Shown here piece after piece: positions 49,451 to 56,744 of a stretch of 64,000 nt of DNA. The DNA lies in NCBI GenBank assembly GCA_904419725.1, contig CAJFSP010000001.1:129814-193813 (forward strand). Direction: 5' to 3'. The DNA comes from Candidatus Heteroclostridium caecigallinarum (lineage in GTDB: Bacteria; Bacillota; Clostridia; Christensenellales; CAG-314). Numbering within the stretch: the stretch's first letter is position 1; the number at the start of each line of letters is the position of its first letter. The notes under the pieces were generated by a model. That model had not been told where the DNA came from, ran no database searches, and was given only the letters and a program-made list of their open reading frames with translations. Made by a program: the position numbers and the translations under genes.

Positions 49451-49484
49451 AAAAAAAAGACCGACTGACGTCGGTCTTTTTTTT
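49451..49484. terminator. Bidirectional terminator (gene-proximal copy, locus 1)
   Basis: An A-run, GACCGAC-TGAC-GTCGGTC (49459..49476), then a T-run. Confidence 0.8.
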
Positions 49485-49489
49485 AGTTA

Positions 49490-50152
49490 TTAAAGATTTG
49501 GTTCAAGTTTGCCGAGCAACGCTTCCTCAAATTTGCTTTCAAGTATAGCGCCTTCAAGTTTAACCTTTTCATCAAATACAAACATCGGGCAAAGGTCGAT
49601 GTTATATTTATTTTCAGCGATTTCAAAGGTGTCGCGTTTAACGTCTTCAAGTTTTTCACCAGCCAGCACTTTTTCCCTGAGCGGATAAATATCGTTGACA
49701 TATTTTTTCGCCAGGGCGCAAAGCACGTCAAGGTCGCTTATGTTAAGACCGTCTTCAAACCATGCCTGCTGTATATCGTTGAGCAACGGTTCAAACGCTT
49801 CAGGTTTGATGTCTCTCACAAGATACAAAAGTTGATGCGACTTGAAAGTGTTTGGCTTTACGGTAATTCTGTCAAAGTTAAAATTGAGTCCCGCTCTCTT
49901 TGCCCAACGGTGAATAGGCGTGTTTTTTGCAGGGTCCCAGTCTGCCGTATCGTCATTAGCGATTTGTATCACCTTGTAGTCGCCGCCCTCATCAGGAAGG
50001 TCCGGATAAATAACATATCCGCGGAAAACCAACTCGATGTCTTCGTGTTTGATTTTCCCCTCTTTCTCCAACTTGTCGATTGCTTTGTGCAGATTGACTT
50101 TGCCTACACGGCACCAACTGCACAGAGTGTCATAAAAGACTTCCACTTTCAT
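49490..50152 (-). CDS. Cytoplasmic DsbA/FrnE-family thiol:disulfide oxidoreductase, paralog 1
   Basis: I place the start at MKVEVFYDTLCSWCRVGK, behind the RBS AAGGAGA. It has a CSWC active site and no signal peptide. The C-terminal cis-Pro region reads DLCPMFVFDEKVKLEGA. Confidence 0.8.
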   Translation of the reverse strand: MKVEVFYDTLCSWCRVGKVNLHKAIDKLEKEGKIKHEDIELVFRGYVIYPDLPDEGGDYKVIQIANDDTADWDPAKNTPIHRWAKRAGLNFNFDRITVKPNTFKSHQLLYLVRDIKPEAFEPLLNDIQQAWFEDGLNISDLDVLCALAKKYVNDIYPLREKVLAGEKLEDVKRDTFEIAENKYNIDLCPMFVFDEKVKLEGAILESKFEEALLGKLEPNL

Positions 50153-50304
50153 ACTTCTTCTTCTCCTTTTATCAAATTCAACGGCACGGCATTTATTTCC
50201 TTGCCGCTGTGATATCTCAATAAAATTCAAATGTGCGGCAGCACCTCCGCCGCAAAACTCCGCGGCGACACTGATATTAAATATGTCTGTCAATCAACAT
50301 AATG

Positions 50305-50334
50305 AGTATAGCATGCCGTCACAGCGGGTGTCAA
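50305..50334 (-). promoter_or_regulatory. Putative promoter of DsbA-like paralog 1
   Basis: The minus strand reads TTGACA (50334..50329), an 18-nt spacer, then TGcTATACT (-10 at 50310..50305). This leaves a 5' UTR of ~145 nt. Confidence 0.5.
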
Positions 50335-50394
50335 TACCGAAAATACTATAAATACCCCATGGCTTTGATAATTTCCGTTCCGAAACATCAATAA

Positions 50395-50423
50395 CAAAAA
50401 AGACCGACATCTGTCGGTCTTTA
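50395..50423 (-). terminator. Intrinsic terminator (distal copy, locus 2)
   Basis: GACCGAC-ATCT-GTCGGTC (50402..50419), with a T-run on the minus strand. Confidence 0.7.
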
Positions 50424-50451
50424 TCAACAAGCATCAAACGTTAAAGCCTGA

Positions 50452-50699
50452 ACTTTTTCATCTGTAACTAAACATCCGCGTGGGTCAGTACCCCCACGCT
50501 GTGTCACTGCGACTTTTTCATCTATAATTAAACATCCGCGTGGGCAAAGACCCACGCTATGGCACAACAACTTTTTCATCTATAATTAAACATCCGCGTG
50601 GGTCAGTACCCCCACGCTGTGTCACTGCGACTTTTTCATCTATAATTAAACATCCGCGTGGGTCTTTGCCCACGCGGAATGCATCTTACAAAGCAGAGT
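50452..50699. repeat. Four 58-70-nt hairpin-containing repeat units (locus 2)
   Basis: The units start with ACTTTTTCATC at 50452, 50512, 50570 and 50630. Hairpins lie at 50478..50499, 50538..50557, 50596..50617 and 50653..50678. Three units carry TATAAT (50523, 50581, 50641). Confidence 0.92.
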
Positions 50700-50728
50700 A
50701 AAAAAAAGACCGACGGATGTCGGTCTTT
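50700..50728 (-). terminator. Intrinsic terminator (gene-proximal copy, locus 2)
   Basis: GACCGAC-GGAT-GTCGGTC (50708..50725), followed by 8 T on the minus strand. Confidence 0.8.
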
Positions 50729-50739
50729 ATCAACAAGCA

Positions 50740-51402
50740 TCAAACGTTAGGTTCGAGTTTGCCGAGAAGCGCTTCTTCAAATTTGCTTTGCAGAATAGCG
50801 CCGTCGAGTTTGACTTTTTCATCGAACACGAACATCGGGCACAGGTCAATATCGTATTTCTTTTCGGCTATTTCGTAAGTATCGTATTCTACGTCTTTAA
50901 GTTTTTCGCCCGCCAACACTTTTTCTCTGAGCGGATAAATGTCGTTGACATATTTCTTCGCCAAAGCGCAAAGTACGTCAAGGTCGTTTACGTTGAGGCC
51001 GTCCTCGAAGAACGCCTGCTGCATGTCAGCCAGAAGCGGCTCAAACGCTTCAGGCTTGATATCTCTTACAAGATACAGAAGCTGATGCGCTTTCCAAGTG
51101 TTAGGATTAACGGTGATTCTGTCAAAATTGAAATTGAGACCGGCTCTCTTCGCCCAACGGTGAATAGGAGTGTTTTTAGCAGGGTCCCAATCCGCGGTGT
51201 CGTCGTCCGCTATCTTCATGGCTTTGTAGTCGCCGCCCTCTACCGGTACCTCAGGGTGAATAACATATCCACGGAAAATAATCTCGATATCTTCCGGTTT
51301 GATTTCACCGGCTTTTACAAGCTTATCAATAGCCTTGTGCAGGTTTGCTTTGCCGACGCGGCACCAGCTGCAGCTTATGTCATAAAACGCTTCGATTTTC
51401 AT
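50740..51402 (-). CDS. Cytoplasmic DsbA/FrnE-family thiol:disulfide oxidoreductase, paralog 2
   Basis: 220 aa. Begins MKIEAFYDISCSWCRVGK, and is colinear with paralog 1 along its whole length. Confidence 0.8.
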   Translation of the reverse strand: MKIEAFYDISCSWCRVGKANLHKAIDKLVKAGEIKPEDIEIIFRGYVIHPEVPVEGGDYKAMKIADDDTADWDPAKNTPIHRWAKRAGLNFNFDRITVNPNTWKAHQLLYLVRDIKPEAFEPLLADMQQAFFEDGLNVNDLDVLCALAKKYVNDIYPLREKVLAGEKLKDVEYDTYEIAEKKYDIDLCPMFVFDEKVKLDGAILQSKFEEALLGKLEPNV

Positions 51403-51447
51403 AACAGAATTTTCTCCTTGAATAACAAAAATATCAAATTATTACAA

Positions 51448-51473
51448 TGGCTCCGCGGCAAAGCCGGGAGCCA
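51448..51473 (-). promoter_or_regulatory. Strong intercistronic hairpin between the symporter and DsbA-like paralog 2
   Basis: The minus strand reads TGGCTCCCGGC-TTT-GCCGCGGAGCCA with a weak downstream U content. It could be an attenuator or a processing/stability element. Confidence 0.3.
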
Positions 51474-51513
51474 CTATAATCAATTAAGAATTACCGAATA
51501 TATCTTTGGAAGA

Positions 51514-52911
51514 TTATTCAGCCGCCGGAGCAGGTTCGCCGCCTTCTTCGTCATGGTGACCAGCGTGTTTTTCAGGTCCCATATTGCCGGAGAATCTTGC
51601 CGCCACGATACCGGAAACGATACCGTCGCTGACGTTAAGAGCGGTACGACCCATATCGATGAGCGCTTCAACCGAGAAGAGCACAGCGATCAAAGCAACG
51701 TTAAATTGAGGACCAAGCACACCGAATACCATCAGACCAGCCATCGTAGCGCCGCCGCCGACACCGGCTATACCGAGCGAGCAGATAGTAACGATGATGA
51801 TGAGCATGATAAGTTCGGTTGGATGAGTCAACAAATAACGTGGCGCAAAAGTATTGTAAACCATGGTCGCAAGCATTGCAGGATATACGCCGCCGCAACC
51901 GTTCTGACCTACACAGGTACCGAACGTACCGGCGAAGGAAGCAACAGAGTCTTCAACACCGATGTTTCTCATCGATTCAATCGTGACAGGCAGAGTAGCC
52001 ATGGACGAACGAGTCGTGAAGCCGATCATGAGAGCTTTGCCAGCGTTTCTGAAATAACGTTTTGGTCCAATACCCATCAGGAATACGATGAGGATGTGGA
52101 TAGCGAACATAACGATCATCGCGACGTAAGAGATGAGAACAAAGATACCGAGGGTCGCATAGTCAGCAAAGCTGGTGTTAGCAGCAAAGTTGAGAATGTG
52201 AGCAAATACGCCGTAAGGAGCGAAACCGATAACGATATCAACGAGACCCATAACGAATTCATAGATAACGTCGATTGCACCTTCGAGTTTAGCGCCCGCT
52301 TCAGGACTTTCGGTTCTCATACCGCGGATGATGAACGCGAACAGAACTGCAATGAAAATCATCGGAAGTACCGAGTTTTCAGACAAAGCAGCAAGAATGT
52401 TTTTCGAGGCAAAGATTGATGCGATGGTCGTGGTCAAATACGAAGGTTCTCTGTTTACGTCTTGATCAGGAACCAGGTTTGCGGATGACACGTTGAAAAT
52501 GGATGTAACCAAAATTGAAATCAACGCAGAAATCGCGCAGGTGATGAGCAGAGTAGCGATGGTGATACCGACTGCTTTACCGGTGTTTTTGCCACCGGCC
52601 TGGTCACCGGTGCCGATTTTGGTGATACCGGTGATGATGGCGACCATAACCAGCGGCATAACCATAAGTTGCAACAGGTTGGTATAAGCGTCTTTTACGA
52701 TATTTGCGACTTCAAACGCAAACAGCGTATCAGCAGAACCAACGCCGAAGATGAGCTGGATTGCCGCGCCGATAACCAAACCGAGAACAAGGGCGCCGAA
52801 CATCCACCATCCGAAGCTGAGTTTCTTGCCCATGAAGTAGACGCCGACGTAGCACGCTACAATCACGATCAAGATTACAAGGCCAAGCCATGTAAAAGCA
52901 TTAGCGAACAT
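51514..52911 (-). CDS. Dicarboxylate/amino acid:cation symporter (DAACS/SLC1 family; TcyP- or SstT-like)
   Basis: I place the start at MFANAFTW, behind the RBS GGAGGA. The protein is ~465 aa and polytopic, with the typical DAACS C-terminal reentrant-loop region (...GVGGGATMAGLMV...ALIDMGRTALNVSGD-like). Confidence 0.8.
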   Translation of the reverse strand: MFANAFTWLGLVILIVIVACYVGVYFMGKKLSFGWWMFGALVLGLVIGAAIQLIFGVGSADTLFAFEVANIVKDAYTNLLQLMVMPLVMVAIITGITKIGTGDQAGGKNTGKAVGITIATLLITCAISALISILVTSIFNVSSANLVPDQDVNREPSYLTTTIASIFASKNILAALSENSVLPMIFIAVLFAFIIRGMRTESPEAGAKLEGAIDVIYEFVMGLVDIVIGFAPYGVFAHILNFAANTSFADYATLGIFVLISYVAMIVMFAIHILIVFLMGIGPKRYFRNAGKALMIGFTTRSSMATLPVTIESMRNIGVEDSVASFAGTFGTCVGQNGCGGVYPAMLATMVYNTFAPRYLLTHPTELIMLIIIVTICSLGIAGVGGGATMAGLMVFGVLGPQFNVALIAVLFSVEALIDMGRTALNVSDGIVSGIVAARFSGNMGPEKHAGHHDEEGGEPAPAAE

Positions 52912-53028
52912 AAATGTTCCTCCAAAAATATATTCTTTAATGCCTTGACGCAACCTATTTAACTGATTTAACGCCTCAGCAGTAAAGTCAATTTTGTTAA
53001 AACGTCATAATATGCCCTATATGACACA

Positions 53029-53060
53029 ACAATCATACAACTTGTTGTTATGATTGTCAA
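53029..53060 (-). promoter_or_regulatory. Promoter overlapped by a long inverted repeat (candidate operator)
   Basis: The minus strand reads TTGACA (53060..53055), a 17-nt spacer, then TATGAT (53037..53032). The inverted repeat ACAATCATA...TATGATTGT (53029..53037 / 53049..53057) extends inward with ACAAC/GTTGT and covers the whole core promoter. Confidence 0.6.
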
Positions 53061-53182
53061 TATCAATTTCAAAAATAATTTGAATTTTTGCCAAAAAACT
53101 TCACAATCCGCGCGGCGGACAGCGCGGAAGTCTCTTTATTTATATAAATATATGCGCGGGGCGCCGCAAGTTGCGCGAAACG

Positions 53183-53962
53183 TCAGATAAGATTGCCGTC
53201 GACCAGGACGTTTCTGACGGCGGCGATTTCCCTTTCGAACCCCCTCACGCTTCTGAGAGTATATTTCAGCCCCGTCCACACTATGCGTATGAGTTTCGGG
53301 TTGCGCGACATGACGGCGTTCAAAAAGGCGTCGACAAGTTCCATGCATTCGGCGCGCTGTTCGCCGCCGCCCTGAAAATCTTTGTCGAGTTTGGTCTTTA
53401 TCCTTCCGCAGGCGGAAGAAACGGCGTCGGTCACCGCGGCGGAGATATAAACCGTTTCGGCGCCGAAATACATGGCGCCCTTGCGCTCTTCCTCCTTTTC
53501 CTGCGCGTCGCTGTCGGTGTCTTTGAGCAGCGACTCCCCCGCCTTTTTGAAAGGCACGATTATTTCGCCGCAAAAACGCCTGAAACTGTCGTTGGCGGTT
53601 TCTTCGCCGAAATATTCGGTGAGAAACTTGGTGAAATCTCTCTTGCCGGCGTCGATTTCGGCAAGCAGGCAAAACACAAAGGTGAAAAGGCGCACCTTGT
53701 CGACGGGCAGCGTCATTCGCGCCTTTACGCCGTCGCCGTCGGAGACAAGCAGCCTGTTGCGGGCGAATTCCGTCGCGTAAGAAAATGTTTTGAGCGATTC
53801 TTCCACCACGCTCATCAAATACGAGCCGGAAACTATGCCTTTGAGAAGCGACGCTATGCGCTTGTCGGCAAGGATATATTTGCTCTCGATAAGTGCGTTT
53901 ACACGCTCGTCGAACACGGCGAGTTCGTTCTCGCGCGACGCGTTTAACGTAATTTCTTCCAT
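53183..53962 (-). CDS. Hypothetical cytoplasmic protein
   Basis: I prefer the ATG at 53962 (MEEITLNASRENEL), which lies 6 nt downstream of a TGcTATAAT extended -10, so the transcript would be leaderless. No family is recognised. Confidence 0.55.
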   Translation of the reverse strand: MEEITLNASRENELAVFDERVNALIESKYILADKRIASLLKGIVSGSYLMSVVEESLKTFSYATEFARNRLLVSDGDGVKARMTLPVDKVRLFTFVFCLLAEIDAGKRDFTKFLTEYFGEETANDSFRRFCGEIIVPFKKAGESLLKDTDSDAQEKEEERKGAMYFGAETVYISAAVTDAVSSACGRIKTKLDKDFQGGGEQRAECMELVDAFLNAVMSRNPKLIRIVWTGLKYTLRSVRGFEREIAAVRNVLVDGNLI

Positions 53963-54122
53963 AACCGTATTATAGCACACATACGCCGTTTGTGAAACGG
54001 TAAATCTGAAAATTAAACCAAACTGACAACTTTTGAAACTTTTTTGCGCTTTTGTTGTTGAATTGTCAGCCCGCTTGTATTATAATAAGATTACATTTTC
54101 CTTGTGTACGGGAGCCAACGCC

Positions 54123-54647
54123 ATGACGCTTGACAGCACGCAAAACAAATTGCTGCTTTTGTTTGTTTTCGACAAGATGGAAATCCCTCTGTCGGAAGAC
54201 ACGATTCTCGATTTGTGTTGCCACACCAACAACTGGATAAGTTATATTGACTGCAAACAGGCTCTGGCCCAGCTTATTGAGGCGAGTTTTATTTACAGAA
54301 TCAACAACAACTCTTCGTCGGAGCCGCTTTTCACCATAACTCCCGAAGGGCGTGTTTGTCTTGCGCACTTTTTTGTCCGCATACCTTCCAGCCTGCGCGA
54401 AGTCGTGTCCGAAAACATTAAAGTAAACCGCATGAGTTACCGCAGGCGGCAGGAATATTTTTCCGACTATCACAAAAACGCCGACGGAACATACGACGTC
54501 GAACTTAAAATTCTCGAACCGACGCAGGCTATTCTGGAAATAAACATAAATGTGCCGAACAGAACCACGGCAAAATGGATTTTTCAGAAATGGAAGGAAA
54601 AAGCAACGCAGGTTTACTCCACCATATATGACCTGCTTGTCGAATAA
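54123..54647 (+). CDS. DUF4364-like predicted winged-helix regulator
   Basis: I place the start at MTLDSTQNKLLLLFVFDKMEIPLSEDTILD, behind the SD GGGAG. The protein is 174 aa. Confidence 0.6.
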   Translation: MTLDSTQNKLLLLFVFDKMEIPLSEDTILDLCCHTNNWISYIDCKQALAQLIEASFIYRINNNSSSEPLFTITPEGRVCLAHFFVRIPSSLREVVSENIKVNRMSYRRRQEYFSDYHKNADGTYDVELKILEPTQAILEININVPNRTTAKWIFQKWKEKATQVYSTIYDLLVE

Positions 54648-54679
54648 ACCTTATTTGACGGATTTTTGCGCAAAAAAAG

Positions 54680-54708
54680 TTGACACGGCAAATCTTTTTG
54701 CATATAAT
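54680..54708 (+). promoter_or_regulatory. Consensus sigma-A promoter of tRNA-Leu
   Basis: TTGACA (54680..54685), a 17-nt spacer, then TATAAT (54703..54708). Confidence 0.75.
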
Positions 54709-54717
54709 AACACTTGC

Positions 54718-54801
54718 GCGAGGATGGCGGAACTGGCAGACGCGTACGTTTGAGGGGCGTATGGTTTTACCGTGCGGGTTCAAGTCCCGCTCTTCGCACC
54801 A
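54718..54801 (+). tRNA. tRNA-Leu (anticodon GAG), CCA encoded
   Basis: The sequence folds as a cloverleaf. The acceptor stem is GCGAGGA/TCTTCGC. The anticodon stem TACGT/GCGTA closes the loop TTGAGGG. It has a long variable arm and the T-arm GCGGG-TTCAAGT-CCCGC, and it ends in ACCA. Confidence 0.9.
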
Positions 54802-54804
54802 AAA

Positions 54805-54836
54805 AACCACCGTTTTAACGGTGGTTTGTTTTTTTT
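54805..54836. terminator. Bidirectional terminator (tRNA-Leu and the heptose operon)
   Basis: AACCACCG-TTTTAA-CGGTGGTT is flanked by an A-run and a T-run. Confidence 0.8.
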
Positions 54837-54876
54837 GCTTTAGGTCGTCGCCTTTTTACGGGCGGCGTTTATTTTT

Positions 54877-55452
54877 TTATTTATTGAGCAATTCGCAAAA
54901 GACGCTCATCATCATATGGTCAAACGTCATATGCACATCTTCCACTATCTGCATATTTTTTATGCCGCAATGCATGTGATAATCACTGAGCTCGTAAAGC
55001 CTGCCGCCGTCATAGCCTGAAACGCCTATTATTTTTGCTCCAGCTTTTTTTGCTTCTTCACATGCCGCTATTATGTTTTTGCTGTTGCCGCTGCCGCTGA
55101 TTGCCACTAAAACGTCGTTCTTTTTTATGTTGCCTTCAAGTTGTTTCGAAAACACCTTTTCATAAGAATCGTCGTTGGCAATCGCCATCATCGTCGCCAC
55201 GTTGTCATTGAGACAGCGGAAGTGAAATTTCTTAGGCAAATCATAGCAGACGCCTTTATTGAAATCGTTTTGAAAATGCGACGCCGTTGCCGCGCTGCCG
55301 CCGTTGCCGCAGATATACACGTCGCTTTCTCTTTCATAAGCGTCGTACAAAACGTTCATCGCTTCGTTGAGCTGACCGACATCGAGATTTTCAATTATAT
55401 TTATCAATGTTTTGTAATAACTCCTGATTTTACCGGTAAAATCCATAATCAT
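54877..55452 (-). CDS. gmhA: D-sedoheptulose-7-phosphate isomerase
   Basis: 191 aa SIS-domain protein. Contains ICGNGGSAATASHFQNDF and VLVAISGSGNSKN. Confidence 0.85.
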   Translation of the reverse strand: MIMDFTGKIRSYYKTLINIIENLDVGQLNEAMNVLYDAYERESDVYICGNGGSAATASHFQNDFNKGVCYDLPKKFHFRCLNDNVATMMAIANDDSYEKVFSKQLEGNIKKNDVLVAISGSGNSKNIIAACEEAKKAGAKIIGVSGYDGGRLYELSDYHMHCGIKNMQIVEDVHMTFDHMMMSVFCELLNK

Positions 55453-56744
55453 TTCTCCAAAATCACATCCGCCGCCGCTGAAAGGTCGGCACAGACGAAA
55501 TCGGGCTGAACATTATATTTATTGTCGGAGCCGCCCATGCCCGTTTTGACAAGTATTGAGCGCAGACCCGCGTTTTTTGCCGTCTGAATATCTATTGTTG
55601 TGTCGCCCACAAGCCAGCAATGCCGCAAATCGACGTTATATTTTTCGGCTAGTTTGTCTATCATGCCGGTTTTGGGTTTTCTGCACGGGCAATCGATTTT
55701 TAGCGCGGCGACTTCACCTTCATAACCTCCGTGCGGGTGGTGCGGGCAAAACTCCCAGTCGTCAATATAAGCGCCGCTTTCACCGAGTTTCATCTCTATC
55801 ACCCTGTGGATGGTTTCAAGTTCTTCAAAAGTGCACTCACCGCGCGCTATGACCGGCTGATTTGTAACCACAAACACAAGCCACCCCGCGCGGTTGAGCC
55901 TTTTTATCGCATCGGCGACGCCGTCGATAAGCGCGACGTCTTCATGCCTGCTGATGAACGGTATATGCACGTTGATTGTGCCGTCCCTGTCCAGAAACAC
56001 GGCCTTCTGCTTATTTTTGAGGTTTCGTGCCGTCACGACGCCGTTTTCGATATCTTCGGCGACGGCCGCTATCCTGTCAACCGTCCCCGCGTCTTTGATA
56101 TACTCGGTACTGCGGTAACAATACACCGCCCTGCCCCGAGCGATAAGCGGGCAGACAACGTCTTTTTCAAAGCCGAGTTTCCGTGGCTCGCCGATAACAT
56201 CCAGCGCCGACGGATTTAATATGAAAAACGCAGCGTTGACAAGATTGCGGTAAAACCCTTTTTTCTCTCCCTTTCCTATAATCGCCGTGACCCTGCCGTC
56301 GTGAGAACATTCGACTAAATCGCTGTCATACGGATGGGAATTCGGATGGGCGAACAGAGTGATTTCGGCGGCGTTGCGTTTGTGAAATTCAGTCATTCTG
56401 CCGATGTCTATGTCAAACACCGTATCGCCGAAAACAAGGAGAAAGTCATCGGAAATCCGTCCTTTGAGATAAAACAGCGCCCCTGCCGATCCAAGCGGCT
56501 GATTTTCGGTTATATAAGAAATTTTAACGCCGAAATTCTTGCCGTCGCCGAAATAATTTTTGATGACGTCGCCCAGGTGCCCGATGATTAAGACAAATTC
56601 TTTTATGCCGTTTTCTTTAAGCGCTTCTATCTGTCTGAGCAGCAGAGGTTTGCCGCAGACAGGCATCATCGGCTTGGGTATTTCGTCTTTTGTCAAAGCG
56701 GACAGGCGCGTCCCCTTGCCGCCCGCCATTATTACGGCTATCAC
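55449..56744 (-). CDS. Bifunctional heptose-1-phosphate nucleotidyltransferase (HddC-like) / heptose-1,7-bisphosphate phosphatase (GmhB)
   Basis: I prefer the GTG start at 56744 (RBS GGGAGG), which overlaps the upstream TGA. The N-terminal part is MAGGKGTRLS...KPMMPV (NTP-transferase fold). The C-terminal part is a HAD domain, FLDRDGTIN...CPCRKPKTGM...VGD. Confidence 0.8.
   Translation of the reverse strand: MIAVIMAGGKGTRLSALTKDEIPKPMMPVCGKPLLLRQIEALKENGIKEFVLIIGHLGDVIKNYFGDGKNFGVKISYITENQPLGSAGALFYLKGRISDDFLLVFGDTVFDIDIGRMTEFHKRNAAEITLFAHPNSHPYDSDLVECSHDGRVTAIIGKGEKKGFYRNLVNAAFFILNPSALDVIGEPRKLGFEKDVVCPLIARGRAVYCYRSTEYIKDAGTVDRIAAVAEDIENGVVTARNLKNKQKAVFLDRDGTINVHIPFISRHEDVALIDGVADAIKRLNRAGWLVFVVTNQPVIARGECTFEELETIHRVIEMKLGESGAYIDDWEFCPHHPHGGYEGEVAALKIDCPCRKPKTGMIDKLAEKYNVDLRHCWLVGDTTIDIQTAKNAGLRSILVKTGMGGSDNKYNVQPDFVCADLSAAADVILEK

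Noticed and set aside
49248-49573. Diversity-generating retroelement (TR/VR pair) at the 3' end of the DsbA-like gene.
   Set aside because: No reverse transcriptase or accessory gene is in the window. The two 84-nt copies differ at only two sites, which are C/T transitions on the coding strand and are synonymous. That is not the adenine-specific mutagenesis pattern of DGRs.
50153-50304. Riboswitch in the ~145-nt 5' UTR of DsbA-like paralog 1 (GC-rich stems GCGGC/GCCGC, CGGCA/TGCCG).
   Set aside because: I could not match it to any riboswitch class I know (SAM, T-box, glycine, preQ1 and others), and there is no terminator or RBS-sequestering helix. It is too weak to report without a covariance search.
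50395-50751. Integron-like attC sites / gene cassettes (GTTAGGT at 50745..50751 fits GTTRRRY).
   Set aside because: No integrase or attI is present. The core-site match is absent at the other copies (GTTAAAG, GTTATTA). The palindromes lack the extrahelical-base architecture of attC.
54529-54979. ORFs of 93 and 99 aa overlapping 54718..54801.
   Set aside because: They cover the tRNA-Leu gene, its consensus promoter and its terminator. They have no RBS and no family resemblance.
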